A DNA stretch of 64,000 nt from Eukaryota sp. TZLM1-RC (taxonomy: Eukaryota; Protista; Metamonada: BaSk clade), in assembly GCA_040285825.1 (NCBI GenBank), contig JAUPSS010000012.1, positions 186,001 through 250,000 on the forward strand, in the 5' to 3' direction. Shown here piece after piece: positions 22,801-35,700 of this stretch. How positions within the stretch are numbered: position 1 is the stretch's first letter; the number at the start of each line of letters is the position of its first letter. A program made the translations under genes and the position numbers. The notes beneath the pieces were generated by a model. The model saw only the letters and a program-made list of their open reading frames with translations. It was not told where the DNA came from and made no database searches.

Positions 22801-23605
22801 TTTGGTGGACTCTGGCGATTATAGCAATTGGAGTGAATATATCCCAATTGTACAACTTCAAATCAATTCAACTATTAGTAGAGTTACTGGTCATTCGCCC
22901 TACAATTTAATGTTTGGTAGCGACCACAGCCCTAGAGCTGATCCTAGCAATATGTTTGAATTAATAAAATCAGCTAATGTTAATATTCCCTTTGTTAAAG
23001 ATCTTGAAGCAAAACTTGAAAGGATTTCAAAGAAGAGAGAAGAGGCAGAGCTCAGGCAAGCTCAACAACTGCCTGAAGTTAACAAACATAGGAACCCTTT
23101 TAATAAAGGTGACTTAGTTTTGCGATTAAAGACTAATGGTAAACTCCATGGTTGCTTCGCTGGCCCTTTTCTCGTTGAAGAAGTTAAATTCAATAAAAGT
23201 TTATTACTCAAGAATCTTGTCACTGTTTCGATGTCTACGGCAAGTATAAATCATTGTAAACTATACCTTTCAGACTTCCCTAAAGAAGATCTTGATTGGC
23301 ATAAGAATATTGCTGCTGGCGATATGGAAGAATCTGTAATCGTTAAAATTATAGATCACTTTGATTACGTAGATTCGAACAATAATAAAGTTCCTTATTG
23401 TACCGCAGTTTGGTATGGCGGCGAGACTTCGTCTGTCCCAGTTGCTGACGTCAAAAGCACTGAGGCATATCAAACATATTTGCGCTCTATTAGTCCTCAC
23501 ACTACCAGGAAACCGAAGGTATCTTCTAATTCCAAATCTAAGACTAATTCCCCTGCAGTCAGTACTCGTAGCTCTCGTTCGAGATCTAAGAGAGGGAAAA
23601 GGTAG
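19737..23605 (+). CDS. pol: Pol: protease, RT, RNase H, integrase, chromo-like tail (frameshift near 21146)
   Basis: Motifs are EIDNGA (protease), FGLKNVPAVFQ/YIDD (RT), ADASDVAVGG (RNase H), H..H..CPAC plus ADTIGP/HSDNGIEF/VERRH (integrase), and GPF. The frame is open from about 19737, and one missing base near 21146 joins the two ORFs. Confidence 0.92.
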
Positions 23606-23741
23606 TGTTGTATTGTGGACAATTAGTCTAGTACATTTGTATTTATATAGTATAGTTCACTAGTGATGGCCTTTATAAGGGCCGGTGAAATTCTAATAAA
23701 TTATTCCTTATTCTTTGTTATCATATATGGATAAAGCATCA
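23606..23741 (+). repeat. 3' LTR (136 bp)
   Basis: Direct repeat of 16836-16971 with two transitions. Confidence 0.96.
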
Positions 23742-24233
23742 ATAGGTACCAAAATCCCGCATTCAATACGAGAAAGAAGATCCCCGTTACTACATCTCAT
23801 GGTTGATTAGCTTGTATAAGTGAAAGTTTGCAATTGCTGAAGCAAGAACTAGTAATAAGCAATGGCCTCAATATCTGCGTAGTAGATAGTTTTGAATTAT
23901 TATGCAGGAAAAAAGAATGTACACCTAGGAAATGTGTTTGAAATCCCCCGGGTGTTTCACCAGATGAAAATCAAAGCCAACTGTTAATTCTTCCTCCATA
24001 AACACTTGCTTTGTCAGAAACTTGCAAATGTCTATGAGTGTTGACGAGCAATAATATAAAATGTATAACAAAACAATTGGTTCAATAAAGGTATTGCGTT
24101 TCAAAGAATCATACTGGCAACATTGTAGACGTGTGTCATAAATCAGCAACTCAGCCAGTTGATATTTCAAACACTTCTTGGGAATTCCTCATTATTTTAT
24201 CAATCAATCATTAATCACCCAATCTTCATTTTG

Positions 24234-25817
24234 ATGAGTAATCCACACTGCCACATCTGTTGTAAACTGTTGCCAGAACCTACCATCCCTCATCGTGTCT
24301 ACAACTTCTGTTGTGTTAAATGTCTCAAAAGTTGGCAGAGAAGCTCTTCATCCTGCAGTTCTTGTCGTCAAGAAATAGCATCAGGTCCTACACACATAAT
24401 CATCACTCTTACTCCCCCAACGGAGACGACCCAGGCCTCTTCCCACTGTAATGAGTGTGAAGCAGAGACTCCCACTCTTTACTGTTCTGAATGTGATCTG
24501 TACTACTGCCAAGAATGTTCAATGGAAGCCCACAAGTTTAAAGCTCTTCAATACCACAAGATCGCACCCATCGCACCCATCGCTGAAAAAATTACCTCTT
24601 CCATCCATCATTGTCCTGTCCACGACTCTGACCAGTTTTGTACCGTGTGCAAGACCACAACGACAGATACGGGTCTCTTTGACCCTGATGAATCAACTTG
24701 TATCACTAAAGAAGAGTTAATGAAGGTCATGACCTCAAGAACCAATGATGAATCAAAGCTCAAATGTTTGATTCATTTCATCAACCAAGGAGAAGTAGAT
24801 GACGATTATGGTGATGAACTCACAGAAAGCAGGCTTTGTATTCAAGATTTAACCTGGGGTTTAAACTTTGATTTATCATTAATTTCTAATTCAATTTTAA
24901 AATACTTGTTTTCAAGATTTGGATTTCTTAACCTAGTCAACTTCACCATTGAGCAAACTAATGCCCAGTTCTTTTCGCTATTGGTTAATAACTTTTCATT
25001 TGAAATAGTCCCTGAAGTAGCAGATGTCCCTGATGAGATGCTTTCAAATCTTTCTTTATCAAAACCACTTACCTCCAATCAAGAGACATGGTTGGAAATG
25101 TTGATTAAAAGAAGTTCCAAATATGAAGAACTTTCTGTTAAACTTTTTGGCAAAGAGTATGTTGACAAACTGTGGGTTGGAATTTGGGGCTATTCAGTTT
25201 CTCCTAATGATTTGAAAAATCATTTAGAAAAAGTGTTTGCGTTGCAATATTCTCATATCAGAATTAAACTTATTAGCAGGTCTTATCATGTTTATAACCA
25301 CCAAGACTTTTCTTTCTTTGATGTCGTTGTTTTTGATTCCTGGAACTGTCACTGTCCCGGCCATTACCTAAACCAGTTGTTGGAAGCTGGTAAAGGTTTG
25401 GTTTTGTTCAACACCAATCCAAACAACACTATTGGCTTCTCCTACTCTTGTTTGAGCGGGGGTTCATTGGAATGGATGAGGAAAAAGGCTTACATGAAGA
25501 TGAAGAAAGTTCTACCCAATGATCCAATATTAACAGATGTTGGATCATTCTCAAGTAATTGTGGACGAAAAGATGTCAAACAGATTAATGGAATATTGGT
25601 GGCAACAATTGGTAACAAAATTCCTTTAATTGTAAAAAATAAAGTTGGTTGTGGTAGATTGGTCGAGTTCAATTGCTTCAGCGCTAGTACTGACGGCAAC
25701 CCTGGTGAAACCACTTGGAATTGGCCTGCTTCAACTGATGGTGGCCAATTGATTGCAAATTCTATCGTTTGGGTTGCTCAATTAGAGCAAATTCAGCCGT
25801 TTTATTTGGTAGAGTGA
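24234..25817 (+). CDS. RING-like/B-box zinc-finger (TRIM-like) protein with uncharacterised C-terminal domain
   Basis: The first ATG is at 24234. Contains a degenerate RING (CHICC..CCVKC..CSSC), a B-box (CNEC..YCSECDLYYCQEC..H..H) and a second box (CPVH..FCTVC). Confidence 0.8.
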   Translation: MSNPHCHICCKLLPEPTIPHRVYNFCCVKCLKSWQRSSSSCSSCRQEIASGPTHIIITLTPPTETTQASSHCNECEAETPTLYCSECDLYYCQECSMEAHKFKALQYHKIAPIAPIAEKITSSIHHCPVHDSDQFCTVCKTTTTDTGLFDPDESTCITKEELMKVMTSRTNDESKLKCLIHFINQGEVDDDYGDELTESRLCIQDLTWGLNFDLSLISNSILKYLFSRFGFLNLVNFTIEQTNAQFFSLLVNNFSFEIVPEVADVPDEMLSNLSLSKPLTSNQETWLEMLIKRSSKYEELSVKLFGKEYVDKLWVGIWGYSVSPNDLKNHLEKVFALQYSHIRIKLISRSYHVYNHQDFSFFDVVVFDSWNCHCPGHYLNQLLEAGKGLVLFNTNPNNTIGFSYSCLSGGSLEWMRKKAYMKMKKVLPNDPILTDVGSFSSNCGRKDVKQINGILVATIGNKIPLIVKNKVGCGRLVEFNCFSASTDGNPGETTWNWPASTDGGQLIANSIVWVAQLEQIQPFYLVE

Positions 25818-26662
25818 ACCTGGACCACATTTAGTTGATCTGTTCAAAATCAGATGCACAAACTTTTTTTGAAACGGTAGAAATTAAAAATTCCAATACA
25901 GAATTCTATTTGCACAAGAGGCAGTGTTCAGCAGTGTCCAGGTTACTTGATCCAATACATTGCTTGATACATCTAGATAGTGAATAAAATTTGAATTTTT
26001 TGTTCGCAGGTTCTATTATATATATCAATGATTGGAATTTTCATTCAATTGTTGGAATAGTGAGGTATTATTATCTATTGTGACAATAAATTGACGTGGA
26101 TTGGAGTTCAACATTGAAAATTACAATCTGTTTACAAAAATAAAAATAATAATGAAAAATTGTAAAAAAACGTAGATATTATAGGAGGTGTGTGGATTTT
26201 TAAAATGCTTCCAATTCTGTGCATCGAAATGCAGTTTATGATGTTATTCAAAGAGAATTTCCAGAATTTTCTCACATTTAGTCTTTTTATTTAGTGTTTT
26301 TTGGTGCAGTGTTTATTTTTGGATAATCTATTTTCTGTAATTGTGTTTGAGTTACTGTCCCAAATTTGTGTTTTTGTTTTTTTACACTGATATAATTGTC
26401 TTTAATGTTCAATTCTTCGTGTACTCCACGGAAAACTCCCTGAATTTTCTCTATTCATTCAAAGTAAAAAGTAAAGTTGTTTTTGTGTTTTAATATTAAA
26501 TTCATTTATAAAAATAAATAATGTTTTTCAACAACAAATGTCATCACTAGACAATTGTTCCTCAACGATGGATCATCCTGTAAATGATGCAACTAAGCAA
26601 TACTGTTAACATTATTACTAACCCCACAAGTAATAGACCCAAGAAGTAACGACTCCACTGCA

Positions 26663-26709
26663 GAAAATAACTTTATCAAAATAAGGAAAAATAACTTTAT
26701 CAAAATAAG
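26663..26709 (+). repeat. Short tandem duplication in 3' flank of giant gene
   Basis: aaaataactttatcaaaataag occurs twice in tandem. Confidence 0.8.
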
Positions 26710-26794
26710 AAATAAAATGTAAAATCTAAAGTATAGAGCAAATTCTAAAATTCAAAAATGTGGTTCGTTTGAAATTCTTTGCTTTTGACATAGC

Positions 26795-29700
26795 TTACTT
26801 TCCTCTCGTCGAATTCCTCCCAACTCTTCTCCGTGGTGCTCTAATGCCAGCAAATGGAACTGGGGGTAACTGTCGTGGTAATATTCTGTTTTGAGATTGC
26901 TCCTCCTTGAGAGGATCCGAGCGATATGGACTAGTTACCAAATGAGGTTCAATGTTGGGTAATCTATCACTAGTTGCCAATCCAGAAGGTCTTGCCACTT
27001 GAACTGAGGACGAATCTATGGGTGGGTTGGTCTTGTCGGTAGCATTGGAAGACCTTATTGGAGAATCAAATACTCCAGGAAGAGTAGAATATCGTGAATA
27101 ATGATGATTTTTTGGTCCCAGACTACTTAATGCAGCTTTTGCTTTAACTTTGCTATGTGAAAGGCCTTGTTTAATTGAGCCAACTTGTTTACTTTCAGCT
27201 CTTTTGAATACATTCTGTAATTCATTTCGCGAAAAAGATGACGATACACAAGGAGAACTTGAATGGAGCGAGTTTGCTAAAGTATTGCTCGCTGGAGAAA
27301 ACACATCGTTGGGGCTGAGAGCAACTATCTGGCTTTGATTTGATTGAGAAGATTTAACTTGTGAAACACATGAAATGCTTTCATTAAATGTTGATGATCC
27401 AGGGGTTTTTGTTTTCTCACTATTTTTGGAATTATTTAAACGTGGAGAAGCTGTGGAATGAATCGGCGATGGTCGTTGCTGTAGTTTTGGCAATGCGTTT
27501 CTAATTGGTTTAGGAGTTGGCAAAGACAACGGTGAAGGTTCATTCACAACATTCGTAGAATCAGAATTAGTGTTTGGTTCAAATGGTTCTACTGGTTCAA
27601 CGTCACCAGGTATTTCTTTATTGCTCGTTAAGGGTAGTGACCTCATTCGATGATGTAATGGAATCTTCGAAAATGCAGCAATTGGAACAGTTTTGCTCCT
27701 CTGATGAGTTCCAGAAACATGGTGGCTTTCGGAGAGAGGAATCGAAGTTTTTGAAGAAGCCACTGGAGATGAGTATTTTACCAAATCTTTACGACGTTTT
27801 CGAACCACAAAAAGACCAATTATAACACACAAAACAAACAATACAACCACAGCAACAACAACCAGGAAAGCCCTTTTCTGGGCAGAAATTACTGGTGGAA
27901 CACAGAGTAGATGGGCTTCAGCTTCGGACTCGTGAACACCATTATCATCTGCAAAGGTAAAAACAAGACTGATTGATAATAATGATCTTATAGATACTTC
28001 TGGCAGAGTGATGTAGCCAATGATTACAGTGTCAGTTTGTCCATATGCAGTTTCAATGTTTTTGATAACCAAATTGTGGCAATCTGGTTCCAAATCACGC
28101 TGATTCTTGTGCACCAGCAAACTCTTTGTACAAATTAAACTTGTTTTGATTCCAACATCGTGTCTCTTCTGACGATGCTTTAGGTGAAAATAAACATTTT
28201 CCCCACTTTCAAAGGGTCCCATAGAGCTGTGTGCAATAATGGACTGATAAGGGTATTCAACATTTAGCTTTTGTGTAGATAACATCAAAGTAGTTGATGA
28301 TGATTCTGATAATAAATTAATAAACGTAGGTACAATTGATAAATCTACAAAGCCTGAATCATCAACAGCAAAAGTGGCATCAATGGGGAAACAGTTACTA
28401 ATGGGTCCATGGGTCTGAGTAATAACCATCTTGAACACAGAACCAACCTTTTCAACTTTGTGTTTACAATTAGAATCAGTAAAAGCAACATCAGTCAATT
28501 CTATTGGATCATCTTGCTTGAAATTAATCTCAGCAGAGTCCTGTTTCTCAAACGAAAACCAGTAATCTTGAAACAAAGGTCGTTCATCAACATTTTGAAC
28601 AAATGAACCACGGTGTTCATAACTAGCAAAGGCAATAAGAGAAGCTAATATTGGATGTTTCACATTCAACATCATTTCATCAGCCTTACCATCAAGAGAA
28701 AGCTCAATTAAAGCAACACTCAACGTAATATTGACGTGGAGAAAGGGAGTCGAAACAGTGGCAGAAGTTCCATCAATGAGACAAGCTGAAAAGTCGCCAA
28801 AAGTGAGATCAACTTCATACCCCACAAGCTCACATGAAGGCGAATACTGTCGCCAAATATTGGATGGACTGTATGGTAAATAATAGGTAGAATTTAAAGC
28901 AAAACCAAGACTTGAGTGGGGAGCTGAATAATGGAAATAATCGCGATCAACCTCATCCAGAAAGCCCCCTTCCTTGTTGGAGCAAGTACCAACAGTAATG
29001 GTATTGAGTGACACGTCTGCCACCTCAGCAAAATCAATGAGCCAAGTATGACCTTGGCGAACATAAGGAACATGTACATCAATGGTAATGGTGTTGCCAT
29101 TGTAAGGATTGATTGAACTTGTGAAACTCAAATCTGAAGGCCGTACATTCTGCACCAATTCACACTCAAGACACGAATCGTAATAGAAATATTCAAAGAA
29201 GCCATGTGACGAGACTCCATTACTAGCTGAGACACAAAACTTGTTATCCATTACCCACCCACAATTTGGATCAGTCACACAATCATGACATGAATGATGT
29301 TCAAAGCAAAAGAACTCGTCAGTAAAGAACCTACAATAAGAATAGGTACAGTACATTTCATCAAGCATCACTTTGCCACTACCAACAATAAAACCTTCGT
29401 AACCGAATGGTCCTGGAGAGACAAACGTAGATGTCGAGTTTTGCACATACAACAAAGAGTTTTCACTTTTCAGTTCTAGTTCATTCATAAATGAGTTATT
29501 GGCTACGTGTACAACACCGGCAATAACCTCAACTCTATTCACCGTGCTGTTTTCCAGCAAAAATAAACCTTGCTGATCACAATAATTCATCCAAAAATCA
29601 TCTCGAGGTTGTGTGTCACCAAAATCTTCTACAATTTGACACTGAATATCACAAACAACCGTTCCATCTAGATGCGAAGAGGAAAGTACATGTAATTGCC

Positions 29701-32700
29701 CACTGTAAATGTTGATAGACATTTTAACCCATGAATAGATTGCCACAACTGAATCCTCAATGATCATGTTACCAGAAAAACTTTCCATATTGGTGAAAAG
29801 AGCTGCGGTCGTGTTGATGAAATTAATAGAATTGATAGAGTCATTGCATGAAAACAATAAGGCCAAATTCTGAAGACCAGACATATACATTGTGAAATTA
29901 GAATGGCATAACTTGACAGAACCATGATTGAAGAACAACACGCTATCAAATAAAACATCACCATTAGACATCGAGATTAAACCATCATTACTGATAGGCC
30001 CGGCCATTCGCGACGACATTATCACAGGAGAGCCAGAAATGTTGAGTATAGCGTTAAAAAGTACTGATAATTTTGAATAAGAATCCATTGATAACCCAGA
30101 AGGTAACAATGTCATGTTCCCTTCGATAAGAAGATGGCATGAATCAACATTAAGTCCATTGGAGACCACACAACTTGATGCGTAAGTAACAGTGGTTACA
30201 TTGGTTGATGACACAGAACATTGATCGAAATGAGAATTCAACATCCGAACTTCACCCATCTCAAAGTGATAACTACTTTTAAAACAGAAAAGACTTTGAA
30301 TATTTGGAATAAAACTTAAAGTGATGTTCGAAGTATTAGAAATGAGTACCGCATCTGACAGATCAATGTTTGAAAGATACACATCAGAATAAGAAAACTT
30401 AATACCAGTGCTTTGGAGGCTAGAATCAGTGGCAAAACTGTTCAACAACTCAGCTACAGGCATTAGATATAAATTGTGTAGGGTAACAATGGCGTGATTA
30501 AACGCTATTTGGCCGTGTAGCTCAACAGAGCAATTGGTAGCCGTAATAATTCCTTCCAAAACACTAATACCTGAACCTACCATGAGAGTCGATGTAAATG
30601 ACAGTTCGAGTGGTTGGTTGAAAGAAACAGTTGAGTTTTTCAATAAAAGCGAACCATCTATGAAAAATGGAATATGAGATACTGTTTGGGTAGACGAAAT
30701 CGAAAGAGTAGAAGATTTTGTAAAGAGAACTGATGAGGAAAATTCAAAACTTACAAAATTTCCAGAATTCCAAACAGCATGACCCTCAATAATAAGCTTG
30801 TGGTTTTCCAAATTTAAATCTTCATTACCATCAAATAAACCTTCTCCTTTAATTATAGTGGATGAATGGGTAGTTTTAGAGGTAAGCAATCCACTGATCC
30901 AGTGATAAAAATCATTTATAACTAGTTCAGTATCACCTGTTCTTGTTCCTCCATAGTGGTTGAATGTGGCAATATAAGAGTCCCCAAAGCATGAAAAATC
31001 AAATGTTGAATCTTGAAGTAAATTTAGAGAGGAAAAGTGACCATTACATTGACTTAATAATTCAAATTGACAGGAATTGTGTAAATAAACTTCACTTCCC
31101 CAAGTAATTAATCCTGCATTTTCAGAAAGTTTAAACAGAGAATTGTCGTAAAAATTAATTAAAGAATTGGATAAATAAACTTCAGAATTACCATCAATTT
31201 GGATAAAACTTTCATTATAAAGATTAATTGACTCAATTGAAGTGATATTGGTAAAATCTGTTATACCTACTGAACCACCAAATAAATTGAGAGTTGGTAT
31301 TGACGAAACCTTTGAATTATCATTAAAGTCAACCAAACCATCAAATACATCAACAAATAAAGAATCAACTTGAACATTTTCTTTAAATTCAACATTACCA
31401 TTAATAACTTTTACCATCAACCTAGAAACAAAAGCTTCACCTTGGAAAACAGCAGAACCAAATGAATCAATAATAATATTTTCAGCAACATCAAGATTTC
31501 CTGCTACAATTAATTGAGAGTTTGAATTATTTAATAATAAAAGAGAATAGCTTTCCAATGACCCACTTTCTCGAACATTTAGGATGTTATTTAGGTTTAA
31601 TTTCCCAGAATTTTCCAGTAAAAAATTGCCATTTACAATATCAAACTCTTGATTAAGATCCAAAGTACCATTTCCTATTACAAAATTACCATTATTGACA
31701 ACTTTTGCATCAATAAAGAGTAGAGATTCACAGATTTTTTCAACTTTACCATAATTACTTACAAGTGAATTAGAATCAGAATCTCCGGTAATAATTCCAC
31801 TTGAATTCACGTCAATAGTAAATAAACCATGGTCTGAAACATTAAATTCTCCATTAGAATTCAGTACAAAATTTCCAGAATTCCAAACAGCATGACCCTC
31901 AATAATAAGCTTGTGGTTTTCCAAATTTAAATCTTTATTACCATCAAATAAACCTTCTCCTTTAATTATAGTGGATGAATGGGTAGTTTTAGAGGTAAGC
32001 AATCCACTATTCCAATGATAAAAATCATTTATAACTAGCTCAGTATCACCTGTTCTTGTTCCTCCATAGTGGTTGAATGTGGCAATATAAAAGTCCCCAA
32101 AGCATGAATAATCAAGTGTTGAATCTTGAAGTAAATTTAGAGAGGAAAAGTGACCATTACATTGACTTAATAATTCAAATTTACAAGAATTGTGTAAATA
32201 AACTTCACTTCCCAAAGTAATTAATACTGCATTTTCAGAAACTTTAAACAGAGAATTGTCGTAAAAAATAATTAAACAATTGGATAAATAAACTTCAGAA
32301 TTACCTTCAATTTGGATAAAACTTTCATTATGAAGATTAATTGACTCAATTGAAGTGACATTGGCAAAATCTGTTATACCTACTGAACCACCAAATAAAT
32401 TGAGAGTTGGTATTGATGTAACCTTTGAATTACCATTAAATCCAACCAAACCATCAAATAAATCAACAAATAAAGAATCAACTTGAACATTTTCTTTAAA
32501 TTCAACATTACCATTAATAACTTTTACCATCAACTTAGAAACAAAAGCTTCACCTTGGAAAACAGCAGAACCAAATGAATCAATAATAATATTTTCAGCA
32601 ACATCAAGATTTCCTGCTACAATTAATTGAGAGTTTGAATTATTTAATAATAAAAGAGAATAACTTTCTAATGACCCACTTTCTCGAACATTTAGGATGT

Positions 32701-35700
32701 TAATTAGGTTTAATTTCCCAGGATTTTCTAGTAAAAGATTACCAGTCACTATATCAAACTCTTGATTCAGATCCAAAGTACCATTTCTTATTACAAAATT
32801 ACCATTATTGACAACTTTTGCATCGATAGAGAGTGGAGATTCACAGATTTTTTCAACTTTACCATAATTACTTACAAATGAATTAGAATCCGAAACTCCA
32901 GTAATAACTCCACTTGAATCCAAGTTAATAGTAAGTAAACCTTGGTCTGAAACATTAAATTCTCCATTAGAATTCAGTACAAAATTTCCAGAATTCCAAA
33001 CAGCATGACCCTCAATAATAAGCTTGTGGTTTTCCAAATTTAAATCTTTATTACCATCAAATATACCTTCTCCTTTAATTATAGTGGATGAATGGGTAGT
33101 TTTAGAGGTAAGCAATCCACTATTCCAATGATAAAAATCATTTATAACTAGCTCAGTATCACCTGTTCTTGTTCCTCCATAGTGGTTGAATGTGGCAATA
33201 TAAAAGTCCCCAAAGCATGAATAATCAAGTGTTGAATCTTGAAGTAAATTTAGAGAGGAAAAGTGACCATTACATTGACTTAATAATTCAAATTTACAAG
33301 AATTGTGTAAATAAACTTCACTTCCCCAAGTAATTAATCCTGCATTTTCAGAAAGTTTAAACAGAGAATTGTCGTAAAAATTAATTAAAGAATTGGATAA
33401 ATAAACTTCAGAATTACCATCAATTTGGATAAAACTTTCATTATAAAGATTAATTGACTCAATTGAAGTGATATTGGTAAAATCTGTTATACCTACTGAA
33501 CCACCAAATAAATTGAGAGTTGGTATTGACGAAACCTTTGAATTATCATTAAAGTCAACCAAACCATCAAATACATCAACAAATAAAGAATCAACTTGAA
33601 CATTTTCTTTAAATTCAACATTACCATTAATAACTTTTACCATCAACTTAGAAACAAAAGCTTCACCTTGGAAAACAGCAGAACCAAATGAATCAATAAT
33701 AATATTTTCAGCAACAACAAGATTTCCTGCTACAATTAATTGAGAGTTTGAATTATTTAATAATAAAAGAGAATAACTTTCTAATGACCCACTTTCTCGA
33801 ACATTTAGGATGTTATTTAGGTTTAATTTTCCAGGATTTTCTAGTAAAAGACTACCATTTACTATATCAAACTCTTGATTAAGATCCAAAGTACCATTTC
33901 TTATTACAAAATTACCATTATTGACAACTTTTGCATCGATAGAGAGTGGAGATTCACAGATTTTTTCAACTTTACCATAATTACTTACAAGTGAATTAGA
34001 ATCCGAATCTCCAGTAATAATTCCACTTGAATCCAAGTTAATAGTAAGTAAACCTTGGTCTGAAACATTAAATTCAGTAGAAAATTAAAGAATTCCAGAA
34101 TTCCAAACAGCATGACCCTCAATAATAAGCTTGTGGTTTTCCAAATTTAAATCTTTATTACCATCAAATAAACCTTCTCCTTTGATTATAGTGGATGAAT
34201 GGGTAGATTTAGAGGTAAGCAATCCACTATTCCAATGATAAAAATCATTTATAACTAGCTCAGTATCACCTGTTCTTGTTCCTCCATAGTGGTTGAATGT
34301 GGCAATATAAAAGTCACCAAAGCATGAATAATCAAATGTTGAATCTTGAAGTAAATTTAGAGAGGAAAAGTGACCATTACATTGACTTAATAATTCAAAT
34401 TCACAAGAATTGTGTAAATAAACTTCACTTCCCAAAGTAATTAATACTGCATTTTCAGAAACTTTAAACAGAGAATTGTCGTAAAAATTAATTAAAGAAT
34501 TGGATAAATAAACTTCAGAATTACCTTCAATTTGGATAAAACTTTCATTATGAAGATTAATTAACTCAATTGAAGTGATATTGGTAAAATCTGTTATACT
34601 TGCTGAACCACCAAATAAATTGAGAGTTGGTATTGACGAAACCTTTGAATTATCATTAAATTCAACCAAACCATCAAATACATCAACAAATAAAGAATCC
34701 ACTTGAACATTTTCTTTAAATTCAACATTACCATTAATAACTTTTACCATCAACTTAGAAACAAAAGCTTCACCTTGGAAAACAGCAGAACCAAATGAAT
34801 CAATAATAATATTTTCAGCAACATCAAGATTTCCTGCTACAATTAATTGAGAGTTTGAATTATTTAATAATAAAAGAGAATAGCTTTCCAATGACCCACT
34901 TTCTCGAACATTTAGGATGTTATTTAGGTTTAATTTCCCAGAATTTTCCAGTAAAAAATTGCCATTTACAATATCAAACTCTTGATTAAGATCCAAAGTA
35001 CCATTTCCTATTACAAAATTACCATTATTGACAACTTTTGCATCAATAAAGAGTAGAGATTCACAGATTTTTTCAACTTTACCATAATTACTTACAAGTG
35101 AATTAGAATCAGAATCTCCGGTAATAATTCCACTTGAATTCACGTCAATAGTAAATAAACCATGGTCTGAAACATTAAATTCTCCATTAGAATTCAGTAC
35201 AAAATTTCCAGAATTCCAAACAGCATGACCCTCAATAATAAGCTTGTGGTTTTCCAAATTTAAATCTTTATTACCATCAAATAAACCTTCTCCTTTAATT
35301 ATAGTGGATGAATGGGTAGTTTTAGAAATAAGCAAACCACTATTCCAATGATAAAAATCATTTATAACTAGCTCAGTATCACCTGTTCTTGTTCCTCCAT
35401 AGTGGTTGAATGTGGCAATATAAAAGTCACCAAAGCATGAATAATCAAGTGTTGAATCTTGAAGTAAATTTAGAGAGGAAAAGTGACCATTACATTGACT
35501 TAATAATTCAAATTTACAAGAATTGTGTAAATAAACTTCACTTCCCAAAGTAATTAATACTGCATTTTCAGAAACTTTAAACAGAGAATTGTCGTAAAAA
35601 TTAATTAAAGAATTGGATAAATAAACTTCAGAATTACCATCAATTTGGATAAAACTTTCATTATAAAGATTAATTGACTCAATTGAAGAGATATTGGTAA

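Larger units (their letters stand above)
16836..23741 (+). mobile_element. Full-length Ty3/Gypsy LTR retrotransposon (chromovirus-like), 6906 bp
   Basis: Paired TG..CA LTRs, an ATAG TSD (16832-16835 and 23742-23745), gag-PR-RT-RH-IN domain order, and a PPT AAGAGAGGGAAAAGGTAG before the 3' LTR. Confidence 0.96.
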
